Virus record (IMG/VR): IMGVR_UViG_3300028394_002328
Span: 62,001 to 126,000 of that record
Direction: 5' to 3' (one strand)
DNA length: 64,000 bases
The notes beneath the pieces were generated by a model. It was not told the DNA's origin, searched no databases, and saw only the letters and a program-made list of their open reading frames with translations. Shown one piece after another: positions 8,748 through 18,625 of the stretch. The position numbers were made by a program, and so were the translations under genes. How positions within the stretch are numbered: the first letter of the stretch is position 1; the number at the start of each line of letters is the position of its first letter.

Positions 8748-8977
8748 TGGGTATTGATCCTATCACTTGGTTTTCTTATAGGCAATTAAATTTTAAGCCA
8801 ACGCATTTTGTATTGGCTAAAACTGCGATAACCGCTAAATCTATAGCATGGATCGCTACCACTCTTAACGGTAGGTATTCTTTAGTTACTATGATGGATG
8901 AAGATTATCAAAAATTTCAGGTTCCTGCATTTGAGGATCCTGGAGAAGCCGTATTATACGAACTAACTTGGTCATAA
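8747..8977 (+). CDS. Small hypothetical protein related to the C-terminal FxLRW family
   Basis: Ends FEDPGEAVLYELTWS, matching the F-x-D-x-x-D/E-A-x-x-F/Y-x-L-x-W pattern. Confidence 0.6.
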   Translation: MGIDPITWFSYRQLNFKPTHFVLAKTAITAKSIAWIATTLNGRYSLVTMMDEDYQKFQVPAFEDPGEAVLYELTWS

Positions 8978-9033
8978 TAAATTTTACAATGTAGTCAAAA
9001 TTTATTAAATAATTATATAATCAGGAGATTGAA

Positions 9034-9705
9034 ATGAGTTTCTTAAGACATGTAGGCAAACACGGTGATCGTAAAATAGCAGTTATCTTTAGGGAGGTCC
9101 CTGGAGAGCCACATATGTGTTTGGTAACATACACTGAAACATTGAATATGCACGTTCACGACCCAATGATTCAATGTATTGAAAGTGACATTGGTCAGAA
9201 TAGTGAAAACTTAGCAGACGCTCTTAACAGAACATACACCAAAGACGGTAAACCTATTCTTCATGTACTTCACCATGAAGGTCAACTTAAAAAGGTTAAT
9301 ACAGAACAAATCGTAATGACACCTCAACCCAATACTAGAATCAAGTTAAATGAATTAAACAAGATTCTAAACGAAATGCAACAGGGTGAGGATGCAGTCC
9401 GTCGATTGGCCGAAATGGATAAAAGCATGGGATTACAAGATCCAGCTGATGTAGTACGCAGAATGCGTGGTCCACAATCTGGTGTTCAAGGATCAAGTGA
9501 TATCTTAGGTGATAGTTCATTAGCACAACAAAGAATTGAACAAGCACAGAAAATGGAACGTGAAGCACAGGGCCTATTAGCTGAATCAAGGCGTTTAATG
9601 GAAGAAGCTAAATCATTAGATCCCGGTATTGGTGCATCTTCAACACCAGTTGTTGACGCAACTCCAGTTAAAGCAAGAAAATCAAGAGCAAAAGTTAGTG
9701 CATAA
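9034..9705 (+). CDS. Conserved-looking hypothetical protein
   Basis: AGGAG RBS, 223-aa ORF with coiled-coil C-terminus. Confidence 0.7.
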   Translation: MSFLRHVGKHGDRKIAVIFREVPGEPHMCLVTYTETLNMHVHDPMIQCIESDIGQNSENLADALNRTYTKDGKPILHVLHHEGQLKKVNTEQIVMTPQPNTRIKLNELNKILNEMQQGEDAVRRLAEMDKSMGLQDPADVVRRMRGPQSGVQGSSDILGDSSLAQQRIEQAQKMEREAQGLLAESRRLMEEAKSLDPGIGASSTPVVDATPVKARKSRAKVSA

Positions 9706-10001
9706 TGTCACCAGAATTTATCGCCAAATGGGAACACATCCTTGAGGATGTTGAAAAACAAAAGATCCCGGTAGAATTTATTAAAAAAGTGGTTATTAAA
9801 TTACAGGGTAAACGCCAACAAACAATTAACATTGAGAAGTTTCTAAGCCAAGGATTGGATCCAAATCAAATTGAAGAGGCAGTAAGTAGAAAGCTTCATG
9901 AACTTGACGATTCCATTACTAGTATAGAGTTTATTCTTAATGTTCAAAGTATTGCTGATGCGGTGCAACCTGAAACAGATAGGCTGTTGGGTAATTTATG
10001 A
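9705..10001 (+). CDS. Hypothetical protein
   Basis: Translationally coupled to its neighbours. Confidence 0.65.
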   Translation: MSPEFIAKWEHILEDVEKQKIPVEFIKKVVIKLQGKRQQTINIEKFLSQGLDPNQIEEAVSRKLHELDDSITSIEFILNVQSIADAVQPETDRLLGNL

Positions 10002-10495
10002 ATTTGATTATAGCCTGTGATCCAAAAGGTGGTATAGGCTATCATAACAGATTGCCTTGGAGTAAAATCGAGGGCGATTTGTCAAGATTCAAAAAATTAA
10101 CTCAGGATAAAACTGTAGTTATGGGTCGTAATACTTGGGATAGTCTTCCAGTAAAACCATTACCTCACAGAATTAATGTTGTAGTTACTACAAAACCAAT
10201 TATACTACCTAATAATGTTAAAACAATTGCTCATCTAGATGACCTAGAATATTTTCATGAACCATGGATAATGGGCGGGGCAGCATTAATTAAATCATGT
10301 TGGGGAAAGATTACTAAAATTCATTTGACTACTACCTTTGCTGAATACGCATGTGATACTTTTATAGACTTAATAAAATTGCGCGGTGAGTTTAGAATTT
10401 CACATGAAGAGGTTCATAGTGACCATATATATGAAATTTGGGGCAGAGATCATCCTGATTATTGGAAATACACACAAAAATGCAATTATACTTAG
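9998..10495 (+). CDS. folA: Dihydrofolate reductase
   Basis: IIACDPKGGIG...LPW...DL..FK...VMGRNTWDSLP..PLP.RINVV, GGA motif; adjacent to thyA. Confidence 0.93.
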   Translation: MNLIIACDPKGGIGYHNRLPWSKIEGDLSRFKKLTQDKTVVMGRNTWDSLPVKPLPHRINVVVTTKPIILPNNVKTIAHLDDLEYFHEPWIMGGAALIKSCWGKITKIHLTTTFAEYACDTFIDLIKLRGEFRISHEEVHSDHIYEIWGRDHPDYWKYTQKCNYT

Positions 10496-11379
10496 ATTTG
10501 CTTAAAGACATATTAGAGAACGGCGAAACAAAAAACGACAGAACTGGTGTAGGAACACTATCGGTATTTGGTAGACAATTACGGTTTGATTTACGCAAAG
10601 GTTTTCCTGCTGTTACTACTAAAAAATTAGCTTGGAAAGCCTGTGTAGGTGAACTTTTGTGGTTCATTGAAGGTAGTAACGATGAGCGTAGACTAGCTGA
10701 AATCACACATGGCACTAGAGAAGGTGTTGTTACAATTTGGACTCCTAATGCTTTAGCACCTTATTGGAAAGATAAAGCAAAATTTGACGGAGACTTAGGA
10801 CCAGTTTATGGAGTGCAATGGCGTCATTGGAACAAGTACCGTATTGAAAAAGATATGGGTTCTGCACACAAAGGTGGCACACGACTTGCAGTTGACCAAA
10901 TTGAAGTAGACCAACTTAAAAATCTAATCGATGGATTAAAGAATGATCCTAATGGTCGTAGACATATTCTCAGTGCATGGAATGTTGGCGAATTAGATCA
11001 AATGGCATTGCCACCTTGTCATGTTATGAGTCAATTCTATGTGAACAAGAACCGTGAATTGAGTTGTCATATGTATCAAAGGTCAGTGGATGTTTTCTTG
11101 GGATTGCCCTTTAATATTGCTAGTTATGCTCTACTAACTCATTTGATTGCTCATCATTGTGGTTACAAAGTTGGTGAATTAATTATCAGTACCGGTGATA
11201 CACATATCTATACCAATCATGTTGAACAGGTTAAAGAACAATTATCCCGTGATCCATTGCCCTTACCTACATTAATGCTACCCGTAGAAAAGAAAGATAT
11301 TTTTGAAATGACTATGAATGATATTCATTTAGAAGGATATAGTAGTCATGGACCAATCAAAGCGGAAATGGCTGTATGA
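10480..11379 (+). CDS. thyA: Thymidylate synthase
   Basis: DRTGVGT, ELLWFI, LGPVYGVQWR, RRHILSAWN, LPPCH catalytic Cys, YQRSVD..LGLPFNIASY, GDTHIY. Likely start is ATG 10480. Confidence 0.97.
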   Translation: MQLYLDLLKDILENGETKNDRTGVGTLSVFGRQLRFDLRKGFPAVTTKKLAWKACVGELLWFIEGSNDERRLAEITHGTREGVVTIWTPNALAPYWKDKAKFDGDLGPVYGVQWRHWNKYRIEKDMGSAHKGGTRLAVDQIEVDQLKNLIDGLKNDPNGRRHILSAWNVGELDQMALPPCHVMSQFYVNKNRELSCHMYQRSVDVFLGLPFNIASYALLTHLIAHHCGYKVGELIISTGDTHIYTNHVEQVKEQLSRDPLPLPTLMLPVEKKDIFEMTMNDIHLEGYSSHGPIKAEMAV

Positions 11380-11624
11380 AAGACTACATTAAAACTAAAG
11401 TTCATACATTCAGTATAGGTGATGCTGATGATCCTGATATCTATGCTTCTCAACCTCTTTGGGAATTCCAACAATCAGAAAAAGGTAAGTGGATTATGGA
11501 TAATGCTATAGAGCAACCAACTTGGCATAGACATGTTGATCATACTCTTTTTGGTTATGTGTATACTATTACGGCTAAATTGCCTAAAGAAAAATATACA
11601 TTTTTCAAACTTAAGTTTGATTAA
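11376..11624 (+). CDS. Small hypothetical protein (FxLKF-terminal, possibly related to the FxLRW family)
   Basis: ATGA overlap; ends YTFFKLKFD. Confidence 0.6.
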   Translation: MKDYIKTKVHTFSIGDADDPDIYASQPLWEFQQSEKGKWIMDNAIEQPTWHRHVDHTLFGYVYTITAKLPKEKYTFFKLKFD

Positions 11625-11649
11625 TTGATTCCTGTAGATAAATACGGGC

Positions 11650-12117
11650 ATGTGGATATTATCTGTTCTACCTGATTACGCTATACATGGTTTATTAACT
11701 GTTGGTATTATTGGTGTGATTCTAGGCTTTGTATTAGGGTTTATACCATTTGTTGGTAAGTATAAACTACCTATTCAAATTATCAGTATATTCGTACTAA
11801 CACTTGCCTTATACTTAGAAGGTGGGTTAGAAAATGAACACATATGGCAATCGAAAGTAAAAGAAGTAGAAGCTAAAGTTGCTGTATCAGAAGTCAAAGC
11901 TGTAGAAAAAACTGTAGAAATACAAGAAAAGATTGTAAACAAAACCAAGGTCATCAAACAAAAGGGCGATGATATAATAAAATATATTGATAAAGAAATC
12001 ATTAAAAAAGAAGAGATTATCAAATATATAGAAAATTGTCCAGTGCCTCAAGAAATCATTGAGCAACATAATAAGATTGTAAACTTATCTAGTCAATCCT
12101 CAGGAGAGAAAAAATGA
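11650..12117 (+). CDS. Putative inner-membrane spanin (Rz-like)
   Basis: N-terminal transmembrane segments followed by a long coiled-coil periplasmic region; immediately upstream of a lipoprotein. Confidence 0.65.
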   Translation: MWILSVLPDYAIHGLLTVGIIGVILGFVLGFIPFVGKYKLPIQIISIFVLTLALYLEGGLENEHIWQSKVKEVEAKVAVSEVKAVEKTVEIQEKIVNKTKVIKQKGDDIIKYIDKEIIKKEEIIKYIENCPVPQEIIEQHNKIVNLSSQSSGEKK

Positions 12118-12383
12118 GGACGTTAATACCAGTAATATTATTGTTATCTGCTTGTGCTACCGCCCCTGTTCCAATAGAGCGTAAATTTCCTCCTTATCCT
12201 AGCGCATTAGCAGAAAAATGCGAACCGTTAAAACCTATTGAGCCTGGTGATAAAGTACCTATTACAGACATGTTAAAAGTTGTAGTAGAAAACTATGTGA
12301 GATATTATAATTGTGCAACCAAAGTTGAGAGTTGGCAAGAATGGTATACTGAGCAGAAAAAAATATTTGAAAGCGTGAAATAA
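12114..12383 (+). CDS. Putative outer-membrane spanin lipoprotein (Rz1-like)
   Basis: Lipobox LLLSAC, Pro-rich segment PVPIERKFPPYP, further Cys residues. Confidence 0.7.
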   Translation: MRTLIPVILLLSACATAPVPIERKFPPYPSALAEKCEPLKPIEPGDKVPITDMLKVVVENYVRYYNCATKVESWQEWYTEQKKIFESVK

Positions 12384-12441
12384 TTCTCAGTTTACAAAAG
12401 CCTACTGTGTGATAAATACTATATAGATTTGGAACATAGAT

Positions 12442-12972
12442 ATGGCCACACTTGAAGTCATTAATGTAGGGGCAACAGCCAATGATGGTGACGGCGATCC
12501 CTTACGCACTGCCTTTCAAAAGGTAAACAATAACTTTGCGAATATTAATGCGGTAAACTTCTCTACATTACAAAGTATTACTGTTGGTGTAGATCCGCAA
12601 TTAATTCTAAGTACCCCTGCTAATGCTTTTACTCAAGCAACTATGCAGATTAATTCTAGTAATGTTCTCAATGATGATAGCCAAAATATTATAATATATT
12701 CGGCTATTAATAATAGTTTAACCGATGTTAATTGGGCAGAACAAAGTCAACAATATTTTGGAAATCTTATAACAGAATATGATATGGTTGTAGAAAATGG
12801 TAATGTTAACTTGTATGCACTACCATTAGGTAATTCAGCAAATACCACTATTGTACATTTTATCTCTTATCAGATAACATTCAATGCTATAGTCCCAGGA
12901 AGTATATTAACACTTACACAAGACACTGATTACGAGTTAGCAACTAACAATGGGTTAATAATTACAACATGA
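12442..12972 (+). CDS. Virion/baseplate-type structural protein
   Basis: N-terminus INVGATANDGDGDPLRTAFQKVNNNF resembles T4 gp9/gp10-type baseplate N-terminal motif; late motif GATAAATA upstream. Confidence 0.6.
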   Translation: MATLEVINVGATANDGDGDPLRTAFQKVNNNFANINAVNFSTLQSITVGVDPQLILSTPANAFTQATMQINSSNVLNDDSQNIIIYSAINNSLTDVNWAEQSQQYFGNLITEYDMVVENGNVNLYALPLGNSANTTIVHFISYQITFNAIVPGSILTLTQDTDYELATNNGLIITT

Positions 12973-13361
12973 GAGCTAGAGAATTTATTACAGAAGCAAC
13001 CGGATCTATTCAGCCTGCAGTAGAGCGAACATTACCTGCTGCATGGGTTATTGATAAATTAAAAAATAATGATTTTTATACTCAATATAGATTTGGTGTA
13101 GGGTTAGCAGGAGCAAAAGGTGCTAAACAGCGTCAAGAGGATGCTGTACCCGAGTTCGCTAAAGAAACTCCATGGGGAGAAAATTTAGTTATAGTATCAT
13201 ACGCAGGCATAGATCCATTGCAAGGATATCTAGATGATACAATGCATGAAATGGGAATGAAAACAAGTGATGCAAAACTAATTACAACACCTAAAAGTGA
13301 AGAGCCGGTAGATACTGGTACTAAGAGTACTTTAAAACCCTTTAAAGGGTATAAAAAATGA
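12969..13361 (+). CDS. Putative internal head protein, paralog A
   Basis: Starts MRAREFITE; shares C-terminal KSEEPxDTxTKS...FKGYKK with the next gene. Confidence 0.5.
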   Translation: MRAREFITEATGSIQPAVERTLPAAWVIDKLKNNDFYTQYRFGVGLAGAKGAKQRQEDAVPEFAKETPWGENLVIVSYAGIDPLQGYLDDTMHEMGMKTSDAKLITTPKSEEPVDTGTKSTLKPFKGYKK

Positions 13362-13729
13362 GAGCCCATGAATTTTTAACTGAAAGTGATGGTAAACCTA
13401 ACCACAACCATACTCAAGTATCTAAGGGCATATATAAAGTTCGTGATAAAGGTGGATATGATAGAACATATCATTTAAATCGTTTATGGATGGCTATGGC
13501 AATGGCTGATGGTAAGAGTCAAGATGCAGTAGAAATGGATAATGCTAGTTTTATTGAGAAGTATAATTCAGTTCATCCATATACTGAAGAAGAATACAAT
13601 ATGTTTATAGCAGCCACAAAGACTATACCTACAGAAGTACACGAAGTAATTCCTTATTCCAAGAGTGAAGAACCCGAAGATACTAATACCAAGAGTATTG
13701 CTGTAGGATTTAAAGGGTATAAAAAATAA
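13358..13729 (+). CDS. Putative internal head protein, paralog B
   Basis: Starts MRAHEFLTE; shares C-terminal motif with the previous gene. Confidence 0.5.
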   Translation: MRAHEFLTESDGKPNHNHTQVSKGIYKVRDKGGYDRTYHLNRLWMAMAMADGKSQDAVEMDNASFIEKYNSVHPYTEEEYNMFIAATKTIPTEVHEVIPYSKSEEPEDTNTKSIAVGFKGYKK

Positions 13730-13759
13730 TTTATCTTGCGTTTGCGAATAAATATATGT

Positions 13760-14383
13760 ATGGAGACGGTTGCATATGTATATAAGTGGATTCATCTACC
13801 TACTGGTAAATGGTATATAGGGTCCCGAACTAGAGCGGGAAGCCATCCTGAAGATGGCTATTACTGTTCAAGTAAAATAGTCAAACCATTAATACTATCA
13901 AATCCAAATGAATGGAAACGAGAAATACTAGCAACTGGTACACCTGCTGATATGTATGCGTTAGAAACTAAATTACTACAGGATTCAAATGCTAAACATG
14001 ATTCAGCAAGTTACAATCAACATAATAATGATCGCTCACCGATTCGTACCGGTATCCCCCACACACCGCAATCAATAGATAAAATGAGTGGCCCGCGCAA
14101 GCCTTATGGTCCGCAAACACCAAACCATATTGAAAAACGAGCAGTCAAAAAAAGAGGAATAGGTAGGCCTGATTTAGGCCTATTGAATAGGTCTAGAGTC
14201 GGAATCAATAATCCAAACTTTGGAAAAATACAGTCCGATGAATGGAAGCTAAAAAATAGTATAGCCAATTCAGGTAAACCCAAACCACAAATTAACTGTC
14301 CACATTGTGGAGTTACAGGTGGTACTGGGGTGATGTCTAGATGGCATTTTAATAACTGTAAACAAAAGAAAGACCAACCATGA
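13760..14383 (+). mobile_element. Free-standing GIY-YIG homing endonuclease gene
   Basis: AYVYKW...GKWYIGSR (GIY-YIG variant), NUMOD3-like segments and C-terminal CPHCG...WHFNNC. The start is likely ATG 13760. Confidence 0.75.
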
Positions 14384-15069
14384 TTGATGTTAACCAAATA
14401 TTTGACACTGTTAAACTTAAGTTTTATTATGAATATCTAGTAAACTGTCACATTTATAGTGAGGGTGAAAGCAAGTTCCACAAACAGTTAACTACAGAAG
14501 TTATAAAAACTTATATAGATCCATTAGATTTACCTAAAGATTCTAAAATTTTAGATTTAGGTTGTGGCCCGGGCTATTTCCTAGACGAAATGAAAGAGCG
14601 TGGTTACACAGATGTAACTGGAGTAACTCTAAGTCCTGAAGATGTAAAAATTTGTGAGGATAAAGGTCATACTATCAAGAAGTATGATTTAAGTTTCTTA
14701 CCACAAAAAGATGGCTATTATGATGAGTCAGTAGATTTTATATTTCTACGACATGCGTTAGAGCATAGTCCATATCCTATCTTTAGTTTAATGGAATATA
14801 ACCGTGTACTTAAACAAGGTGGCAAGATGTATATTGAAGTACCTGCCCCAAACTGTGAAAGACAGCATGAGTTTAACTTAAATCATTACAGTATCTTAGG
14901 AGAGGCTCAGTTATTAGCATTATTCATACGAACTGGGTTTGATACTAACATATTCAATAGTATTGAGTTTGATTTAGGTAGTCCTGGCGAAAATGGTGAA
15001 ATTAAGAACTTTAAAGAAAAGTTTTACTGTATTGTTCTTACAAAAACTAGACCCTTAGATATTAAATAA
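14380..15069 (+). CDS. Class I SAM-dependent methyltransferase
   Basis: ILDLGCGPG motif I, VDFIFLRHALEH, RVLKQGG. Confidence 0.85.
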   Translation: MIDVNQIFDTVKLKFYYEYLVNCHIYSEGESKFHKQLTTEVIKTYIDPLDLPKDSKILDLGCGPGYFLDEMKERGYTDVTGVTLSPEDVKICEDKGHTIKKYDLSFLPQKDGYYDESVDFIFLRHALEHSPYPIFSLMEYNRVLKQGGKMYIEVPAPNCERQHEFNLNHYSILGEAQLLALFIRTGFDTNIFNSIEFDLGSPGENGEIKNFKEKFYCIVLTKTRPLDIK

Positions 15070-15074
15070 ACGAT

Positions 15075-15104
15075 AAATACTCACTATGTAGTGAGTATTT
15101 TTTT
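15075..15104 (+). terminator. Probable terminator hairpin
   Basis: AAATACTCACT-ATGT-AGTGAGTATTT followed by TTTT. Confidence 0.6.
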
Positions 15105-15149
15105 AAGATAAATATTAGTTTGGGAAGACGCCCAAACTAAATAATAATT

Positions 15150-16697
15150 ATGAGTGGATCACCATCATTAGTTAAGACCCCCTATGTAAAAACTAAATTC
15201 GCAACACAAAAAGAATTAGATGATTTTGTTAAGTGTTGCGACCCAGTTACTGGTTATCTATACTTCATGGATAACTTTTTTATGATTCAACACCCTACTA
15301 AGGGCAGCATGGTATATCATCCATGGCCTTATCAAGAACGGTTAATTCATACATACCATAATTATCGTTTTAGTATTAGTTTGATGCCTCGTCAAAGTGG
15401 TAAATCTACTAGTGCTGCCGGCTATCTACTTTGGTACGCTATGTTCGTGCCCGATTCTACTATCCTTATAGCAGCACATAAGTATACAGGCGCACAAGAA
15501 ATCATGCAGCGTATTCGCTACGCATATGAAAATTGCCCTGACTATATTAAAGCAGGTGTTACTACTTATAACAAAGGCTCATTAGACTTTGAAAACGGTA
15601 GTCGTATAGTTTCAGCCACTACTACGGAAAATACAGGTCGTGGTATGTCTATCACACTACTATACCTAGATGAGTTTGCGTTCGTTCGACCTACTATTGC
15701 TGAACAGTTTTGGACTTCTATTACACCTACACTATCAACTGGTGGTAAAGCAATTATCACTAGCACTCCAAATAGTGACGAAGACCAGTTTGCTCTTATT
15801 TGGAAAGGTGCTAATAAAACAGAAGATTCATATGGCAATCAAACTGAATTAGGTGTAAACGGATTTAGAGCATATAGGGCACATTGGACTGAGCAACCTG
15901 GCAGGGATCAAAAATGGGCTGATGAAATGAAAGCCCAACTAGGAGAAGATAGATTCCGTCGTGAAATAGGCTGCGAATTTATTATCGCAGATGAAACTCT
16001 TATTAGTCCTAGTACATTAATTGATTTAGAAGGTATTGAGCCTATCACCCGTATGGGCCAAGTTCGTTGGTATAAAAAACCTGAGAAGGGTAATATTTAC
16101 GCAGTAGGATTAGATCCAAGTTTAGGAACAGGTGGAGATCCTGCTGCTATACAAATCTTTGAAGCCAACACTACCACCCAAATTGGTGAATGGAAACATA
16201 ATAAAACAGACATACCTAATCAGATTAAATTACTAGCACAAATAAACAAGTATATCGTAGAATGTACAGGGGAAACTGATAATCTATATTATAGTATAGA
16301 GAATAATTCTATTGGTGAAGCTTCTCTAATATCATTAGCAGAATATGGTGAAACTAATATACCAGGTATTTTTTTAAGTGAGTCAGGCAAAAAGCGTAGA
16401 GGATACAATACTACACAAAAGTCTAAAATCACTGCCTGTGCTAAATTTAAAACGCTATTAGAAAGCAAGAAAATGAAAATTTATAGCAAAAGTTTGATAT
16501 CAGAATTAAAGACTTTTGTTGCTAGTGGTGGTAGTTATGCGGCTAAGATAGGTGATACTGATGATTTGATTATGGCATCATTGCTAACAGTTAGAATGCT
16601 ACAATCTTTAAGTGATTACTATCATGACTTGGGAGAACAAATTCGTGACCATGATGAATACATTCAACCATTACCATTCTTCGCCGTCTTAAGTTAA
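15150..16697 (+). CDS. terL: Terminase large subunit (T4 gp17-like)
   Basis: PRQSGKST Walker A, TGRGMS, LYLDEFAF Walker B, ITSTPN coupling motif, nuclease GLDPS and DDLIMA. Confidence 0.95.
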   Translation: MSGSPSLVKTPYVKTKFATQKELDDFVKCCDPVTGYLYFMDNFFMIQHPTKGSMVYHPWPYQERLIHTYHNYRFSISLMPRQSGKSTSAAGYLLWYAMFVPDSTILIAAHKYTGAQEIMQRIRYAYENCPDYIKAGVTTYNKGSLDFENGSRIVSATTTENTGRGMSITLLYLDEFAFVRPTIAEQFWTSITPTLSTGGKAIITSTPNSDEDQFALIWKGANKTEDSYGNQTELGVNGFRAYRAHWTEQPGRDQKWADEMKAQLGEDRFRREIGCEFIIADETLISPSTLIDLEGIEPITRMGQVRWYKKPEKGNIYAVGLDPSLGTGGDPAAIQIFEANTTTQIGEWKHNKTDIPNQIKLLAQINKYIVECTGETDNLYYSIENNSIGEASLISLAEYGETNIPGIFLSESGKKRRGYNTTQKSKITACAKFKTLLESKKMKIYSKSLISELKTFVASGGSYAAKIGDTDDLIMASLLTVRMLQSLSDYYHDLGEQIRDHDEYIQPLPFFAVLS

Positions 16698-16715
16698 TAC
16701 AAAGATAAATACTAT

Positions 16716-18458
16716 ATGCCCATTAAAACAGACTCATTAAACCGCGATTTATACAAATTACTCAAGGTAAGGGGTTACGATCCTATACCAAAAGGCAGCG
16801 ATGGGGAAACAGTACCTGTTCCTGATGAAGCCGAAGTTTTTAAATTTACTTTCAAAAAAGATGGTAACCCTGTAGACACTGCTTGGGTAACTATTGACAG
16901 TAACCAAGACTTAAAAATATATTATGATGATGATATTACTGACTCTACTAACGAAGATTTAGAATCAGGATCGTTTGATGATAGTTGGACTGGGTTTTTA
17001 CAACAATTAAAGATGTGGAGTCAACGCCGTCAGTTAGGCTTTGACACCGAAAACAAAGACCATTTAGCAAGTGATATGGCACAGAGGGATCATATGAAAA
17101 AGAAAGAAAACATAGCAGAAGGGTATTATCCAATGGGTAAACAAGCCAGTTATAGTGACGCTATACCTAGTGTCAAAATAATATTACAACATAACCGTAA
17201 ACTTGAAGAAGGTGAACAGCGTTATCGTAATATTTCTAGAATTTTCGTTGAAAATGCTAATGGCGAACGCTTTTTACTTAACACTACTAAGCCAGGTCTT
17301 GCCCGAGTATATGCTAGACATATCGCAGAGGGTGGCACACCATATGATGACCGCGCTAGTCATATTCAATCATTGGTTGAAGAATATGAAAAAATGGCAG
17401 GATTTGTTCGTGCTACCCGCAATGGACAATTTAATGAAAGTACCCAACGCTTAGTACTAGAAGGTGCTAATCATTATCAATCATTAAAAGAAACACTAAG
17501 CCGCATGACAGGTCGTCGCGGATACAATATGTATTTTGAAAGTTGGACTCCTGCTCTAATGGAAGATGATAGTGAAGTATCAGGTATTAATGAATTATTC
17601 GTTCAGGAAACACTAGATCCTAGAATTGAAAACGCTATGCCAATTCTTAAAAAATTACACAAGAAACTTGGTGAGATTAAAGAAGTTTCTCAGTTAGAAG
17701 AGTGGGCAGATAGTTTAATAAATGAATATAAGCAGGGTGATGACAGTGGTTATATTCAGTTATTACAAAGCAAATTAAAAGCAGGCAAGCCATTAACTGC
17801 CCAAGAAAAAGAAAAACTTAAAGCATATCTATCTGCTAAACAGTTAGGTCTAAAAGAAGAAGGTGATAGTGGTCAAACAGCACTTAATCCAGTTGGTATT
17901 CCTGAAGATGAACTAGATGAAGGCAAGGGTGCTATAAGAAAGTTCTTAGCAGGTTTAGGAATCATAGGTGCTTTAGGCGCACATATCAGTAGTGAAGACG
18001 AAGCCATAATACAAAGAATGGCTGTGAAATATGACCAAGCGCAGACTCCACAAGAGAAAGCACAAATCAAGCATGACATTGAAAGAGTTACAAAAGGTAG
18101 TTTAGTTAAAGAAGAAGATATAGAAGAAAGCGGGCTACAGGCATATCTTGGTAATAAGAAATATGGCAAAGAAGGTATGGATGCTTTACGCAAAGCAGGT
18201 CGTGATGGTGCTAGTAAAGAAAAGATGGCATCAATTCGTTCTAAGTATGACAAACTAGATGAAGTTGAAATGGACGAAGGCTTAGATGCTAACCAAAAGC
18301 GTGTAGGACAATTAGGCCCAACCGAAAAGGTAGGACCTAAAGGCGCAGTTGGTAAACTAGTTGGTGCTAATGAAAACTTTATCAATACAGTTGACCAAGC
18401 AGTAACGACTGAAGGTGTAGAAGAATTGGCTGCACTAAAACGATTATTGGGTAAATAA
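16716..18458 (+). CDS. Large acidic late protein, probable head-associated/prohead core protein
   Basis: Late motif directly upstream; Glu-rich low-complexity C-terminal half; function inferred only. Confidence 0.45.
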   Translation: MPIKTDSLNRDLYKLLKVRGYDPIPKGSDGETVPVPDEAEVFKFTFKKDGNPVDTAWVTIDSNQDLKIYYDDDITDSTNEDLESGSFDDSWTGFLQQLKMWSQRRQLGFDTENKDHLASDMAQRDHMKKKENIAEGYYPMGKQASYSDAIPSVKIILQHNRKLEEGEQRYRNISRIFVENANGERFLLNTTKPGLARVYARHIAEGGTPYDDRASHIQSLVEEYEKMAGFVRATRNGQFNESTQRLVLEGANHYQSLKETLSRMTGRRGYNMYFESWTPALMEDDSEVSGINELFVQETLDPRIENAMPILKKLHKKLGEIKEVSQLEEWADSLINEYKQGDDSGYIQLLQSKLKAGKPLTAQEKEKLKAYLSAKQLGLKEEGDSGQTALNPVGIPEDELDEGKGAIRKFLAGLGIIGALGAHISSEDEAIIQRMAVKYDQAQTPQEKAQIKHDIERVTKGSLVKEEDIEESGLQAYLGNKKYGKEGMDALRKAGRDGASKEKMASIRSKYDKLDEVEMDEGLDANQKRVGQLGPTEKVGPKGAVGKLVGANENFINTVDQAVTTEGVEELAALKRLLGK

Positions 18459-18467
18459 CTTTCTAAA

Positions 18468-18491
18468 AAACCTCACTTTTTAGTGAGGTTT
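18468..18491 (+). terminator. Terminator-like hairpin
   Basis: AAACCTCACT-TTTT-AGTGAGGTTT inverted repeat after the stop codon. Confidence 0.55.
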
Positions 18492-18503
18492 ACCATATCC
18501 GGC

Positions 18504-18542
18504 ATAAATACACTTGACGCAGCATGAAAGTTGTTATATACT
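18504..18542 (+). promoter_or_regulatory. Tandem late (ATAAATA) and sigma70 (TTGACG-17-TATACT) promoters for SSB
   Basis: ATAAATA at 18504-18510, TTGACG at 18514-18519, TATACT at 18537-18542. Confidence 0.6.
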
Positions 18543-18625
18543 TAGTACTGTGTTAGTTGTCTCCTGACAACGACATTTAAATCATATTTAGGCTCAAATT
18601 AGGCACATTTTTAAGGAGAAAACAA

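Noticed and set aside
10480-16697. Introns or inteins in thyA or terL
   Set aside because: Both frames are continuous and near normal length. thyA has only a short loop insertion, and the GIY-YIG gene is free-standing.
17873-18385. Minus-strand 170-aa ORF and similar antisense ORFs (6243..6698, 7122..7667, 26869..27300, 43737..44051)
   Set aside because: Each lies fully opposite a well-supported gene, with Ser/Leu-rich shadow composition and no RBS.
16716-18458. Portal protein (expected next to terminase)
   Set aside because: No gp20-like motifs recognised, and the acidic low-complexity composition fits a core/internal protein better.
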